Below, piece by piece: positions 12,261 to 26,311 of a DNA stretch of 64,000 nt. The notes under the pieces were generated by a model, which was given only the letters and a program-made list of their open reading frames with translations, did not search any database and was not told the origin of the DNA. The DNA comes from the human T2T-CHM13v2.0 reference genome, Homo sapiens. How positions within the stretch are numbered: the first letter of the stretch is position 1; each line of letters begins with the position of its first letter. The position numbers were made by a program, and so were the translations under genes. The stretch lies in assembly GCF_009914755.1 (NCBI RefSeq), contig NC_060939.1; one strand, given 5' to 3'.

Positions 12261-15200
12261 TTCGGTACCATTCCATATTGTTCCATTCGATTCCATTCGA
12301 ATCCATTCCATTCCAGTCCATTCCATTCGATTCCATTCCATTCATTTCAATTCCATTCCATTCCATTCCATTACATTCCACTTGATTCCTCTCCATTCCG
12401 TTCCACTGCATTCCGTTCGATTCCATTCCATTGCATTGCATTCCATTCCATTGGATTGCATTCCATTCGATTCCATTCCATTCGAATCAATTATATAGCA
12501 ATCCATTACATTCGAGTCTATTCTATTCCGTTCCATTCGATTTCGTTCCAATCCATTCGATTCCATTCCATTCGATTCCATTCCATACTATTGCATTCCA
12601 TTCGATTACATTATATTCGAATAAGTTCCATTCAAGACCATTTCTTTTGAGTCCATTCTATTTGAGTCCATTCTCTTTGATTCCATAACATTTGAGTCCA
12701 TTCAATTCCATTCCTTTCGTTTCCATTCCATTTGATGCCATTCCATTCAATTCTGTTCTACTCGACTCCAATACATTCAATTCCATTCCATCCGATTCCA
12801 TTACATTCTTTTCATTTCTTATCCATTTCAAGCCATTCCACTCCATTCCATTCCACTCGTTTCCTTTCCATTCGAGTCCATTCCTCTCCAGTCCATTCCG
12901 TTCAATCCATTCCATTCCAGTCCATTCCATTCGAGTCCGTTCCATTCCAGTCCATTCCATTCGAGTCAATTCCATTCCATTCGATGTCTTTCCATAACGA
13001 TCCATTCCATTCTATTCCTTTCGATTCCATTCCGTTCTATTTCATTCCATTCGATTCCCTTCCATTGGACTCCTTTCCATTCGAGTGCATTCAATTCCGT
13101 TCCATTTCTTTCCGTTCTGTACGATTCCTACCGTTCGATTTCATTTTGTTCCAGTCCATTCCTTTCGCGTCCATTCCATTCCATTTCACTCCATTCGATT
13201 CCATTCCACTCGATTCCACTTTGTTCCATTTCATTGCATTCCATTCTATTCAACTCTATTGCCTTCCATTCCATTCCATTCGATTACATTCCATGCGATT
13301 CCATTCGAAATCGAATCAATTACATTGCAATCCATTACTATTGAGTCCGTTTTATTCCAGTCCACTGCATTCTGGTCCATTCCATTTGATTCCATTCCAT
13401 TCTATTCCATTCCATACAGTTGCATTCCATTGGATTCCATTCTATATCTATAAATTCAATTCGAGACCATTGCTTTTGAGTCCATTCTATATGATTCCAT
13501 TCCATTCAAGTCCATTACATTTGGTTCAATTCCATTCCATTCCATTCCCTTCCATTCCATTCCATTTGATATCAATCCATTCGATTCCATTCCATTCGAG
13601 CACATTCCATTCGAGTCCATTCCATTCGATGCCATTCCATTTGATTCTATTCCATTAGTCTCCATTCAATTCCATTAATCTCCATTCCATTCCATTCTAC
13701 TCCAACTGATTCCATTCCATTCTATTCCTTTCCATTCCATTTCATTCCATTCCATTCCATTTCATACCATTCCATTCCATTCGTGTATATTCCACTCCAG
13801 TGCATTCCATTCGTGTCCATTCCATTCCAGTCCATTCCATTTGTGTCCACTTCATTCCATTCCACTCCATTCCATATTATTCCATTACACTCCATTCCAT
13901 TCTATTACTTTCATTTCCATTCAATTCCATTCCATTTGATTCCATTCCACTCGGTTTCATTCCATTTGAGTCCACTCCATTCCATTCCATTCCATTCCAT
14001 TCAGTTCCATTCCATTCTGTTCCATTCCATTCCGTTCCATTGCATTCCATTCCATTCGGTACCATTCCATATTGTTCCATTCGATTCCATTCGAATCCAT
14101 TCCATTCCAGTCCATTCCATTCGATTCCATTCCATTCCTTTCAATTCCATTCCATTCCATTCCACTTGATTCCACTCCATTCCCTTCCACTGCATTCCAT
14201 TCGATTCCATTCCATTGTATTGCATTCCATTCCATTGGATTGCATTGCATTCGATTCCATTCCATTCGAATCAATTACCTAGCAATCCATTACATTCGAG
14301 TCTATTCTATTCCGTTCCATTCGATTTCGTTCCAATCCATTCGATTCCATTCCATTCGATTCCATTCCATACTATTGCATTCCATTCTATTAAATTATAT
14401 TCGAATAAGTTGCATTCAAGACCATTTCTTTTGAGTCCATTCAATTTGAGTCCATTCCCTTTGATTCCATAACATTTGAGTCCATTCAATTCCATTCCTT
14501 TCGTTTCCATTCCATTTGATGCCATTCCATTCAATTCTGTTCTACTCGTCTCCAATACATTCAATTCCATTCCATCCGATTCCATTACATTCTTTTCATT
14601 TCTTATCCATTTCAAGTCATTCCATTACATTCCATTCCACTCGTTTCCTTTCCATTCGAGTCCATTCCTCTCCAGTCCATTCCGTTCAATCCATTCCATT
14701 CTAGTCCATTCCATTCGAGTCCGTTCCATTCCAGTCCATTCCATTCGAGTCAATTCCATTCCATTTGATGTCTTTCCATAACGATCCATTCCATTCTATT
14801 CCTTTCGATTCCATCCCGTTCTATTTCATTCCATTCGATTCCCTTCCATTGGACTCCTTTCCATTCGAGTGCATTCCATTCCGTTCCATTTCTTTCCGTT
14901 CTGTACGATTCCTACCGTTCGATTTCATTTTGTTCCAGTCCATTCCTTTCGCGTCCATTCCATTCCATTTCACTCCATTCGATTCCATTCCACTCGATTC
15001 CACTTCGTTCCATTTCATTGCATTCCATTCTGTTCAACTCTATTGCCTTCCATTCCATTCCATTCGATTACATTCCATGCGATTCCATTCGAAATCGAAT
15101 CAATTACATTGCAATCCATTACTATAGAGTCCGTTTTATTCCAGTCCACTGCATTCTGGTCCATTCCATTTGATTCCATTCCATTCTATTCCATTCCATA

Positions 15201-17749
15201 CAGTTGCATTCCATTGGATTCCATTCTATATCTATAAATTCAATTCGAGACCATTGCTTTTGAGTCCATTCTATATGATTCCATTCCATTCAAGTCCATT
15301 ACATTTGGTTCAATTCCATTCCATTCCATTCCCTTCCATTCCATTCCAGTTGATATCAATCCTTTCGATTCCATTCCATTCGAGCACATTCCATTCGAGT
15401 CCATTCCATTCGATGCCATTCCATTTGATTCTATTCCATTAGTCTCCATTCAATTCCATTAATCTCCATTCCATTCCATTCTACTCCAACTGATTCCATT
15501 CAATTCTATTCCTTTCCATTCCATTTCATTCCATTCCATTCCATTTCATTCCATTCCATTCCATTCGCTTCCATTCCATTCGTGTCCATTCCACTCCAGT
15601 CCATTCCATTCGTGTCCATTCCATTCCAGTCCATTCCATTTGTGTCCACTGCATTCCATTCCACTCCATTCCATATTACTCCATTACACTCCATTCCATT
15701 CTATTACTTTCATTTCCATTCAATTCCATTCCATTTGATTCCATTCCACTCGGTTTCATTCCATTTGAGTCCACTCCATTCCATTCCATTCCATTCCATT
15801 CCATTCCATTCAGTTCCATTCCATCCTGTTCCATTCCATTCCATTCCATTGCATTCCATTCCATTCGGTACCATTCCGTATTGTTCCATTCGATTCAATT
15901 CGAATCTATTCAATTCCAGTCCATTCCATTCGATTCCATTCCATTCCTTTCAAGTCCATTCCATTCCATTCCATTCCATTCCACTTGATTCCACTCCATT
16001 CCCTTCCACTGCATTGCATTCGATTCCATTCCATTGCATTGCATTCCATTCTATTGGATTGCATTCCATTCGATTCCATTCCATTCGAATCAATTACATA
16101 GCAATCCATTACATTCGAGTCTATTCTATTCCGTTCCATTCTATTTCGTTCCATTCGATTCCCTTCAATTGGACTCCTTTCCATTCGACTGCATTCCATT
16201 CCGTTCCATTTCTTTCCGTTCTGTACGATTCCTACCGTTCGATTTCATTTTGTTCCAGTCCAATCCTTTCGCGTCCATTCCATTCCATTTCACTCCATTC
16301 GATTCCATTCCACTCGATTCCACTTCGTTCCATTTCATTGCATTCCATTCTATCCAACTCTATTGCCTTCCTTTCCATTCCATTCGATTACATTCCATGC
16401 GATTCCATTCAAAATCTAATCAATTACATTGCAATCCATTACTATAGAGTCCGTTTTATTCCAGTCCACTGCTTTCTGGTCCATTCCATTTGATTCCATT
16501 CCATTCTATTGCATTCCATACAGTTGCATTCCATTGGATTCCATTCTATATCTATAAATTCAATTCGAGACCATTGCTTTTGAGTCCATTCTATATGATT
16601 CCATTCCATTCAAGTCCATTACATTTGGTTCAATTCCATTCCATTCCATTCCCTTCCATTCCATTCCATTTGATATCAATCCATTAGATTCCATTCCATT
16701 CGAGCACATTCCATTCGAGTCCATTCCATTCGATGCCATTCCATTTGATTCTATTCCATTAGTCTCCATTCAATTCCATTAATCTCCATTCCATTCCATT
16801 CTAATCCAACTGATTCCATTCCATTCTATTCAATCCCATTCCATTTCATTCCATTCCATTCCATTTCATTGCATTATATTCCATTCGTGTCCATTCCACT
16901 CCAGTCCATTCCATTCGTGTCCATTCCATTCCAGTCCATTCCATTTGTGTCCACTGCATTCCATTCCACTCCATTCCATATTATTCCATTCCACTCCATT
17001 CCATTCTACTACTTTCATTTCCATTCAATTCCATTCCATTTGATTCCATTCCACTCGGTTTCATTCCATTTGAGTCCACTCCATTCCATTCCATTCCATT
17101 CCATTCAGTTCCATTCAATCCTGTTGCATTCCATTCCATTCCATTGCATTCCATTCCATTCGGTACCATTCCATATTGTTCCATTCGATTCCATTCGATT
17201 CCATTCCATTCCTTTCAAATCCATTCCATTTCATTCCATTCCATTCCATTCCACTTGATTCCACTCCATTCCCTTCCACTGCATTCCATTCGATTCCATT
17301 CCATTGCATTGCATTCCATTCCATTGGATTGCATTCCAATCGATTCCATTCCATTCGAATCAATTATATAGCAATCCATTACATTCGAGTCTATTCTATT
17401 CCGTTCCATTCGATTTCGTTCCAATCCATTTGATTCCATTCCATACTATTGCATTCCATTCGATTACATTATATTCGAATAAGTTCCATTCAAGACCATT
17501 TCTTTTGAGTCCATTCTATTTGAGTCCATTCCCTTTGATTCCATAACATTTGAGTCCATTCAATTCCATTCCTTTCGTTTCCATTCCATTTGATGCCATT
17601 CCATTCAATTCTGTTCTACTCGACTCCAATACATTCAATTCCATTCCATCCGATTTCATTACATTCTTTTCATTTCTTATCCATTTCAAGCCATTCCATT
17701 CCATTCCATTCCACTCGTTTCCTTCCATTCGAGTCCATTCCTCTCCAGT

Positions 17750-20700
17750 CCGTTCCGCTCAATCCATTCCATTCCAGTCCATTCCATTCGAGTCCGTTCC
17801 AGTCCAGTCCATTCCATTCGAGTCAATTCCATTCCATTCGATGTCTTTCCATAACGATCCATTCCATTCTATTCCTTTCGATTCCATTCCATTCTATTTC
17901 ATTCCATTCGATTCCCTTCCATTGGACTCCTTTCCATTCCAGTGCATTCCATTCCGTTCCATTTCTTTCCGTTCTGTACGATTCCTACCGTTCGATTTCA
18001 TTTTGTTCCAGTCCATTCCTTTCGCGTTCATTCCTTTCCATTTCACTCCATTCGATTCCATTCCACTCGATTCCACTTCGTTCCATTTCATTGCATTCCA
18101 TTCTATTCAACTCTATTGCCTTCCATTCCATTCCATTCGATTATATTCCATGCGATTCCATTCAAAATTGAATCAATTACATTGCAATCCATTACTATAG
18201 AGTCCGTTTTATTCCAGTCCACTGCATTCTGGTCCATTCCATTTGATTCCATTCCATTCTATTCCATTCCATACAGTTGCATTCCATTGGATTCCATTCT
18301 ATATCTATAAATTCAATTCGAGACCATTGCTTTTGAGTCCATTCTATATGATTCCATTCCATTCAAGTCCATTACATTTGGTTCAATTCCATTCCATTGC
18401 ATTCCCTTCTATTCCATTCCATTTGATATCAATCCATTCGATTCCATTCCATTCGAGCACATTCCATTCGAGTCCATTCCATTCGATGCCATTCCATTTG
18501 ATTCTATTCCATTAGTCTCCATTCAATTCCATTAATCTCCATTCCATTCCATTCTACTCCAACTGATTCCATTCCATTCTATTCTTTCCCATTCCATTTC
18601 ATTCCATTCCATTCCATTTCATTGCATTCCATTCCATTCGCTTCCATTCCATTCGTGTCCATTCCACTCCAGTCCATTCCATTCTTGTCCATTCCATTCC
18701 AGTCCATTCCATTTGTGTCCACTGCATTCCATTACACTCCTTTCCATATTATTCCATTACACTCCATTCCATTCTATTACTTTCATTTCCATTCAATTCC
18801 ATTCCATTTTATTCCATTCCACTCGGTTTCATTCCATTTGAGTCCACTCCATTCCATTCCATTCCATTCAATTCAGTTCCATTCCATCCTGTTCCATTCC
18901 ATTCCATTCCATTGCATTCCATTCCATTCGGTACCATTCCATATTGTTCCATTCGATTCCATTCGAATCTATTCAATTCCAGTCCATTCCATTCGATTCC
19001 ATTCCATTCCTTTCAAATCCATTCCATTCCATTTCTTTCCATTCCACTTGATTCCACTCCATTCCCTTCCACTGCATTGCATTCGATTCCATTCCATTGC
19101 ATTGCATTCCATTCCATTGGATTGCATTCCATTCGATTCCATTCCATTCGAATCAATTACATAGCAATCCATTACATTCGAGTCTATTCTATTCCGTTCC
19201 ATTCGATTTCGTTCCAATCCATTCGATTCCATTCCATACTATTGCATTCCATTCGATTACATTATATTCGAATAAGTTCCATTCAAGACCATTTCTTTTG
19301 AGTCCATTCTATTTGAGTCCATTCCCTTTGATTCCATAACATTTGAGTCCATTCAATTCCATTCCTTTCGTTTCCATTCCATTTGATGTCATTCCATTCA
19401 ATTCTGTTCTACTCGACTCCAATACATTCAATTCCATTCCATCCGATTCCATTACATTCTTTTCATTTCTTATCCATTTCAAGCCATTCCATTTCATTCC
19501 ATTCCACTCGTTTCCTTTCCATTCGAGTCCATTCCTCTCCAGTCCATTCCGTTCAATCCATTCCATTCCAGTCCATTCCATTCGAGTCCGTTCCAGTCCA
19601 GTCCATTCCATTCGAGTCAATTCCATTCCATTCGATGTCTTTCCATAACGATCCATTCCATTCTATTCCTTTCGATTCCATTCCATTCTATTTCATTCCA
19701 TTCTATTCCCTTCCATTGGACTCCTTTCCATTCGAGTGCATTCCATTCCGTTCCATTTCTTTCCGTTCTGTACGATTCCTACCGTTCGATTTCATTTTGT
19801 TCCAGTCAATTCTTTTCGCGTCCATTCCATTCCATTTCACTGCATTCGATTCCATTCCACTCGATTCCACTTCGTTCCATTTCATTGCATTCCATTCTAT
19901 TCAACTCTATTGCCTTCCATTCCATTCCATTCGATTATATTCCATGCGATTCCATTCAAAATCGAATCAATTACATTGCAATCCATTACTATAGAGTCCG
20001 TTTTATTCCAGTCCACTGCATTCTGGTCCATTCCATTTGATTCCATTCCATTCTATTCCATTCCATACAGTTGCATTCCATTGGATTCCATTCTATATCT
20101 ATAAATTCAATTCGAGACCATTGCTTTTGAGTCCATTCTATATGATTCCATTCCATTCAAGTCCATTACATTTGGTTCAATTCCATTCCATTCCATTCCC
20201 TTCCATTCCATTCCATTTGATATCAATCCATTCGATTCCATTCCATTCGAGCACATTCCATTCGAGTCCATTCCATTCGATGCCATTCCATTTGATTCTA
20301 TTCCATTAGTCTCCATTCAATTCCATTAATCTCCATTCCATTCCATTCTACTCCAACTGATTCCATTCCATTCTATTCCTTCCCATTCCATTTCATTCCA
20401 TTCCATTCCATTTCATTGCATTCCATTCCATTCGCTTCCATTCCATTCGTGTCCATTCCACTCCAGTCCATTCCATTCTTGTCCATTCCATTCCAGTCCA
20501 TTCCATTTGTGTCCACTGCATTCCATTCCACTCCATTCCATATTATTCCATTACACTCCATTCCATTCTATTACTTTCATTTCCATTCAATTCCATTCCA
20601 TTTTATTCCATTCCACTCGGTTTCATTCCATTTGAGTCCACTCCATTCCATTCCATTCCATTCCATTCAGTTCCATTCCATCCTGTTCCATTCCATTCCA

Positions 20701-21400
20701 TTCCATTGCATTCCATTCCATTCGGTACCATTCCATATTGTTCCATTCGATTCCATTCGAATCTATTCAATTCCAGTCCATTCCATTCGATTCCATTCCA
20801 TTCCTTTCAAATCCATTCCATTCCATTCCTTTCCATTCCACTTGATTCCACTCCATTCCCTTCCACTGCATTGCATTCGATTCCATTCCATTGCATTGCA
20901 TTCCATTCCATTGGATTGCATTCCATTCGATTCCATTCCATTCGAATCAATTACATAGCAATCCATTACATTCGAGTCTATTCTATACCGTTCCATTCGA
21001 TTTCGTTCCAATCCATTCGATTCCATTCCATACTATTGCATTCCATTCGATTACATTATATTCGAATAAGTTCCATTCAAGACCATTTCTTTTGAGTCCA
21101 TTCTATTTGAGTCCATTCCCTTTGATTCCATAACATTTGAGTCCATTCAATTCCATTCCTTTCGTTTCCATTCCATTTGATGTCATTCCATTCAATTCTG
21201 TTCTACTCGACTCCAATACATTCAATTCCATTCCATCCGATTCCATTACATTCTTTTCATTTCTTATCCATTTCAAGCCATTCCATTTCATTCCATTCCA
21301 CTCGTTTCCTTTCCATTCGAGTCCATTCCTCTCCAGTCCATTCCGTTCAATCCATTCCATTCCAGTCCATTCCATTCGAGTCCGTTCCAGTCCAGTCCAT
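17750..21400 (+). repeat. Local near-identical pair of 1,794-bp units (single-unit tandem duplication); repeated at ~42260-45900
   Basis: Shared private variants at +1794: GTTCCAGTCCAG, GATTATATTCC, ATTCTTGTCC, CATTTTATTCC, TTTGATGTCATT. Confidence 0.8.
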
Positions 21401-24400
21401 TCCATTCGAGTCTATTCCATTCCATTCGATGTCTTTCCATAACGATCCATTCCATTCTATTCCTTTCGATTCCATTCCATTCTCTTTCACTCCATTCGAT
21501 TCCCTTCCATTGGACTCCTTTCCATTCGAGTGCATTCCATTCCGTTCCATTTCTTTCCGTTCTGTACGATTCCTACCGTTCGATTTCATTTTGTTCCAGT
21601 CCATTCCTTTCGCGTCCATTCCATTCCATTTCACTCCATTCGATTCCATTCCACTCGATTCCACTTCGTTCCATTTCATTGCATTCCATTCTAATCAACT
21701 CTATTGCCTTCCATTCCATTCCATTCGATTACATTCCATGCGATTCCATTCGAAATCGAATAATTTACAATGCAATCCATTACTATTGAGTCCGTTTTAT
21801 TCCAGTCCACTGCATTCTGGTCCATTCCATTTGATTCCATTCCATTCTATTCCATTCCATACAGTTGCATTCCATTGGATTCCATTCTATATCTATAAAT
21901 TCAATTCGAGACCATTGCTTTTGAGTCCATTCTATATGATTCCATTCCATTCAAGTCCATTACATTTGGTACAATTCCCTTCCATTCCATTCCCTTCCAT
22001 TCCATTCCATTTGATATCAATCCATTCGATTCCATTCCATTCGATTCCATTCCATTCGAGTCCATTCCATTCGATGCCATTCCATTTGATTCTATTCCAT
22101 TAGTCTCCATTCAATTCCATTAATCTCCATTCCATTCCATTCTACTCCAACTGATTCCATTCCATTCTATTCCTTTCCATTCCATTTCATTCCATTCCAT
22201 TCCATTCGCTTCCATACCATTCCATTCGCTTCCATTCCATTCGTGTCCATTCCATTCCAGTCCATTCCATTTGTGTCCACTGCATTCCATTCCACTCCAT
22301 TCCATATTACTCCATTACACTCCATTCCATTCTATTACTTTCATTTCCATTCAATTCCATTCCATTTGATTCCATTCCACTCGGTTTCATTCCATTTGAG
22401 TCCACTCCATTCCATTCCATTCCATTCCATTCCATTCCATTCAGTTCCATTCCATCCTGTTCCATTCCATTCCATTCCATTGCATTCCATTGCATTCGGT
22501 ACCATTCCATATTGTTCCATTCGATTCCATTCGAATCTATTCAATTCCAGTCCATTCCATTCGATTCCATTCCATTCCTTTCAAGTCCATTCCATTCCAT
22601 TCCATTCCATTCCACTTGATTCCACTCCATTCCCTTCCACTGCATTGCATTCGATTCCATTCCATTGCATTGCATTCCATTCCATTGGATTGCATTCCAT
22701 TCGATTCCATTCCATTCGAATCAATTACATAGCAATCCATTGCAATCGAGTCTATTCTATTCCGTTCCATTCTATTTCGTTCCATTCGATTCCCTTCCAT
22801 TGGACTCCTTTCCATTCGAGTGCATTCCATTCCGTTCCATTTCTTTCCGTTCTGTACAATTCCTACCGTTCGATTTCATTTTGTTCCAGTCCATTCCTTT
22901 CGCGTCCATTCCATTCCATTTCAGTCCATTCGATTCCATTCCATTCGATTCCATTCCACTCGATTCCACTTCGTTCCATTTCATTGCCTTCCATTCTATT
23001 CACCTCTATTGCCTTCCATTCCATTCCATTCGATTACATTCCATGCGATTCCATTCGAAATTGAATCAATTACATTGCTATCCATTACTATTGAGTCCGT
23101 TTTATTCCAGTCCACTGCATTCTGGTCCATTCCATTTGATTCCATTCCATTCTATTCCATTCCATACAGTTGCATTCCATTGGATTCCATACTATATCTA
23201 TAAATTCAATTCGAGACCATTGCTTTTGAGTCCATTCTATATGATTCCATTCCATTCAAGTCCATTACATTTGGTTCAATTCCATTCCATTCCATTCCCT
23301 TCCATTCCATTCCATTTGATATCAATCCATTCGATTCCATTCCATTCGAGCACATTCCATTCAAGTCCATTCCATTCGATGCCATTCCATTTGATTCTAT
23401 TCCATTAGTCTCCTTTCAATTCCATTAATCTCCATTCCATTCCATTCTACTCCAACTGATTCCATTCCATTCTATTCCTTTCCATTCCATTTCATTCCAT
23501 TCCATTCCATTCGCTTCCATTCCGTTCGTGTCCATTCCACTCCAGTCCATTCCATTCGTGTCCATTCCATTCCAGTCCATTCCATTTGTGTCCACTGCAT
23601 TCCATTCCACTCCATTCCATTCTATTACTTTCATTTCCATTCAATTCCATTCCATTTGATTCCATTCCACTCGGTTTCATTCCATTTGAGTCCATTCCAT
23701 TCCATTCCATTCCATTCCATTCCATTCCATTCCATTCCGTTCCATTCCTTTCAGTTCCATTCCATTCTGTTCCATTCCATTCCATTCCGTTCCATTCCAT
23801 TCCATTCCATTCCATTCCATTCCATTCCATTCGGTAACATTCCATATTGTTCCATTCGATTCCATTTGAATCCATCCATTCCAGTCCATTCCATTCGATT
23901 CCATTCCATTCCTTTCAATTCCCTTCCATTCCATTCCATTCCACTTGATTCCACTCCATTCCCTTCCACTGCATTTCATTCGATTCCATTCCATTGCATT
24001 GCATTCCATTCCTTTGGATTGCATTCCATTCGATTCCATTCCATTCGAATCAATTACATAGCAATCCATTACATTCGAGTCTATTCTATTCCGTTCCATT
24101 CGATTTCGTTCCAATCCATTCGATTCCATTCCATTCGATTCCATTCCATGCTATTGCATTCCATTCGATTAAATTATATTCGAATAAGTTCCATTCAAGA
24201 CCATTTCTTTTGAGTCCATTCTATTTGAGTCCATTCCCTTTGATTCCATAACATTTGAGTCCATTCAATTCCATTCCTTTCGTTTCCATTCCATTTGATG
24301 CCATTCCATTCAATTCTGTTCTACTCGACTCCAATACATTCAATTCCATTCCATCCGATTCCATTACATTCTTTTCATTTCTTATCCATTTCAAGCCATT

Positions 24401-25280
24401 CCATTCCATTCCATTCCACTCGTTTCCTTTCCATTCGAGTCCATTCCTCTCCAGTCCATTCCGTTCAATCCATTCCATTCCAGTCCATTCCATTCGAGTC
24501 CATTCCCTTCCAGTCCATTCCATTCGAGTCAATTCCATTCCATTCGATGTCTTTCCATAACGATCCATTCCATTCTATTCCTTTCGATTCCATTCCATTC
24601 TATTTCATTCCATTCGATTCCCTTCCATTGGACTCCTTTCCATTCGAGTGCATTCCATTCCGTTCCGTTTCTTTCCGTTCTGTACGATTCCTACCGTTCG
24701 ATTTCATTTTGTTCCAGTCCATTCCTCTCGCGTCCATTCCATTCCATTTCACTCCATTCGATTCCATTCCACTCGATTCCACTTCGTTCCATTTCATTGC
24801 ATTCCGTTCTATTCAACTCTATTGCCTTCCATTCCATTCCATTCGATTACATTCCATGCGATTCCATTCGAAATCGAATCAATTACATTGCAATCCATTA
24901 CTATTGAGTCCGTTTTATTCCAGTCCACTGCATTCTGGTCCATTCCATTTGATTCCATTCCATTCTATTCCATTCCATACAGTTGCATTCCATTGGATTC
25001 CATTCTATATCTATAAATTCAATTCGAGGCCATTACTTTTGAGTCCATTCTATATGATTCCATTCCATTCAAGTCTATTACATTTGGTACAATTCCCTTC
25101 CATTCCATTCCCTTCCATTCCATTCCATTGGATATCAATCCATTCGATTCCATTCCATTCGAGCACATTCCATTCGAGTCCATTCCATTCGATGCCATTC
25201 CATTTGATTCTATTCCATTAGTCTCCATTCAATTCCATTAATCTCCATTCCATTCCATTCTACTCCAACTGATTCCATTC

Positions 25281-26311
25281 CATTCTATTCATTTCCATTC
25301 CATTTCATTCCATTCCATTCCATTTCATTCCATTCCATTCCATTCGCTTCCATTCCATTCGTGTCCATTCCACTCCAGTCCATTCCATTCGTGTCCATTC
25401 CATTCCAGTCCATTCCATTTGTGTCCACTGCATTCCATTCCACTCCATTCCATATTATTCCATTACTCTCCATTCCATTCTATTACTTTCATTTCCATTC
25501 AATTCCATTCAATTTGATTCCATTCCACTCGGTTTCATTCCATTTGAGTCCACTCCATTCCATTCCATTCCATTCCATTCCATTCAGTTCCATTCCATTC
25601 TGTTCCATTCCATATTGTTCCATTCGATTCCATTCGAATCCATTCCATTCCAGTCCATTCCATTCGGTTCCATTCCATTCCTTTCAATTCCATTCCATTC
25701 CTTTCCATTCCACTTGATTCCACTCCATTCGCTTCCACTGCTTTCCATTCGATTCCATTCCATTGCATTGCATTCCATTCCATTGGACTGCATTCCATTC
25801 GATTCCATTCCATTCGAATCAATTACATAGCAATCCATTACATTCGAGTCTATTCTATTCCGTTCCATTCGATTTCGTTCCAATCCATTCGATTCCATTC
25901 CATTCGATTCCATTCCATACTATTGCATTCCATTCGATTACATTATATTCTAATAAGTTCCATTCAAGACCATTTCTTTTGAGTCCATTCTATTTGAGTC
26001 CATTCCCTTTGATTCCATAACATTTGAGTCCATTCAATTCCATTCCTTTCGTTTCCATTCCATTTGATTCCATTCCATTCAATTCTGTTCTACTCGACTC
26101 CAATACATTCAATTCCATTCCATCCGATTCCATTACATTCTTTTCATTTCTTATCCATTTCAAGCCCTTCCACTCCATTCCATTCCACTCGTTTCCTTTC
26201 CATTCGAGTCCATTCCTCTCCAGTCCATTCCGTTCAATCCATTCCATTCCAGTCCATTCCATTCGAGTCCATTCCATTCCAGTCCATTCCATTCGAGTCA
26301 ATTCCATCCCA
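25281..26311 (+). repeat. Orphan partial 1.8-kb unit between the duplicated copies (KpnI region deleted, many private variants)
   Basis: Differs from both positional counterparts (~770-1800 and ~49790-50820). Private variants include ATTACTCTC, TTCGGTTCC, GCTTCCACTGCTTT, TTGGACTGC, TTCTAATAAG and AAGCCCTTC. Confidence 0.75.

Larger units (their letters stand above)
1800..25280 (+). repeat. 24.5-kb-period segmental tandem duplication, copy A (~14 full or rearranged 1.8-kb units)
   Basis: Private variants and rearranged units recur at +24512/+24507 (KpnI 2878->27390, 4672->29184, 6861->31368; ORFs 11404->35911, 21177->45684, 24295->48807). Confidence 0.93.
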
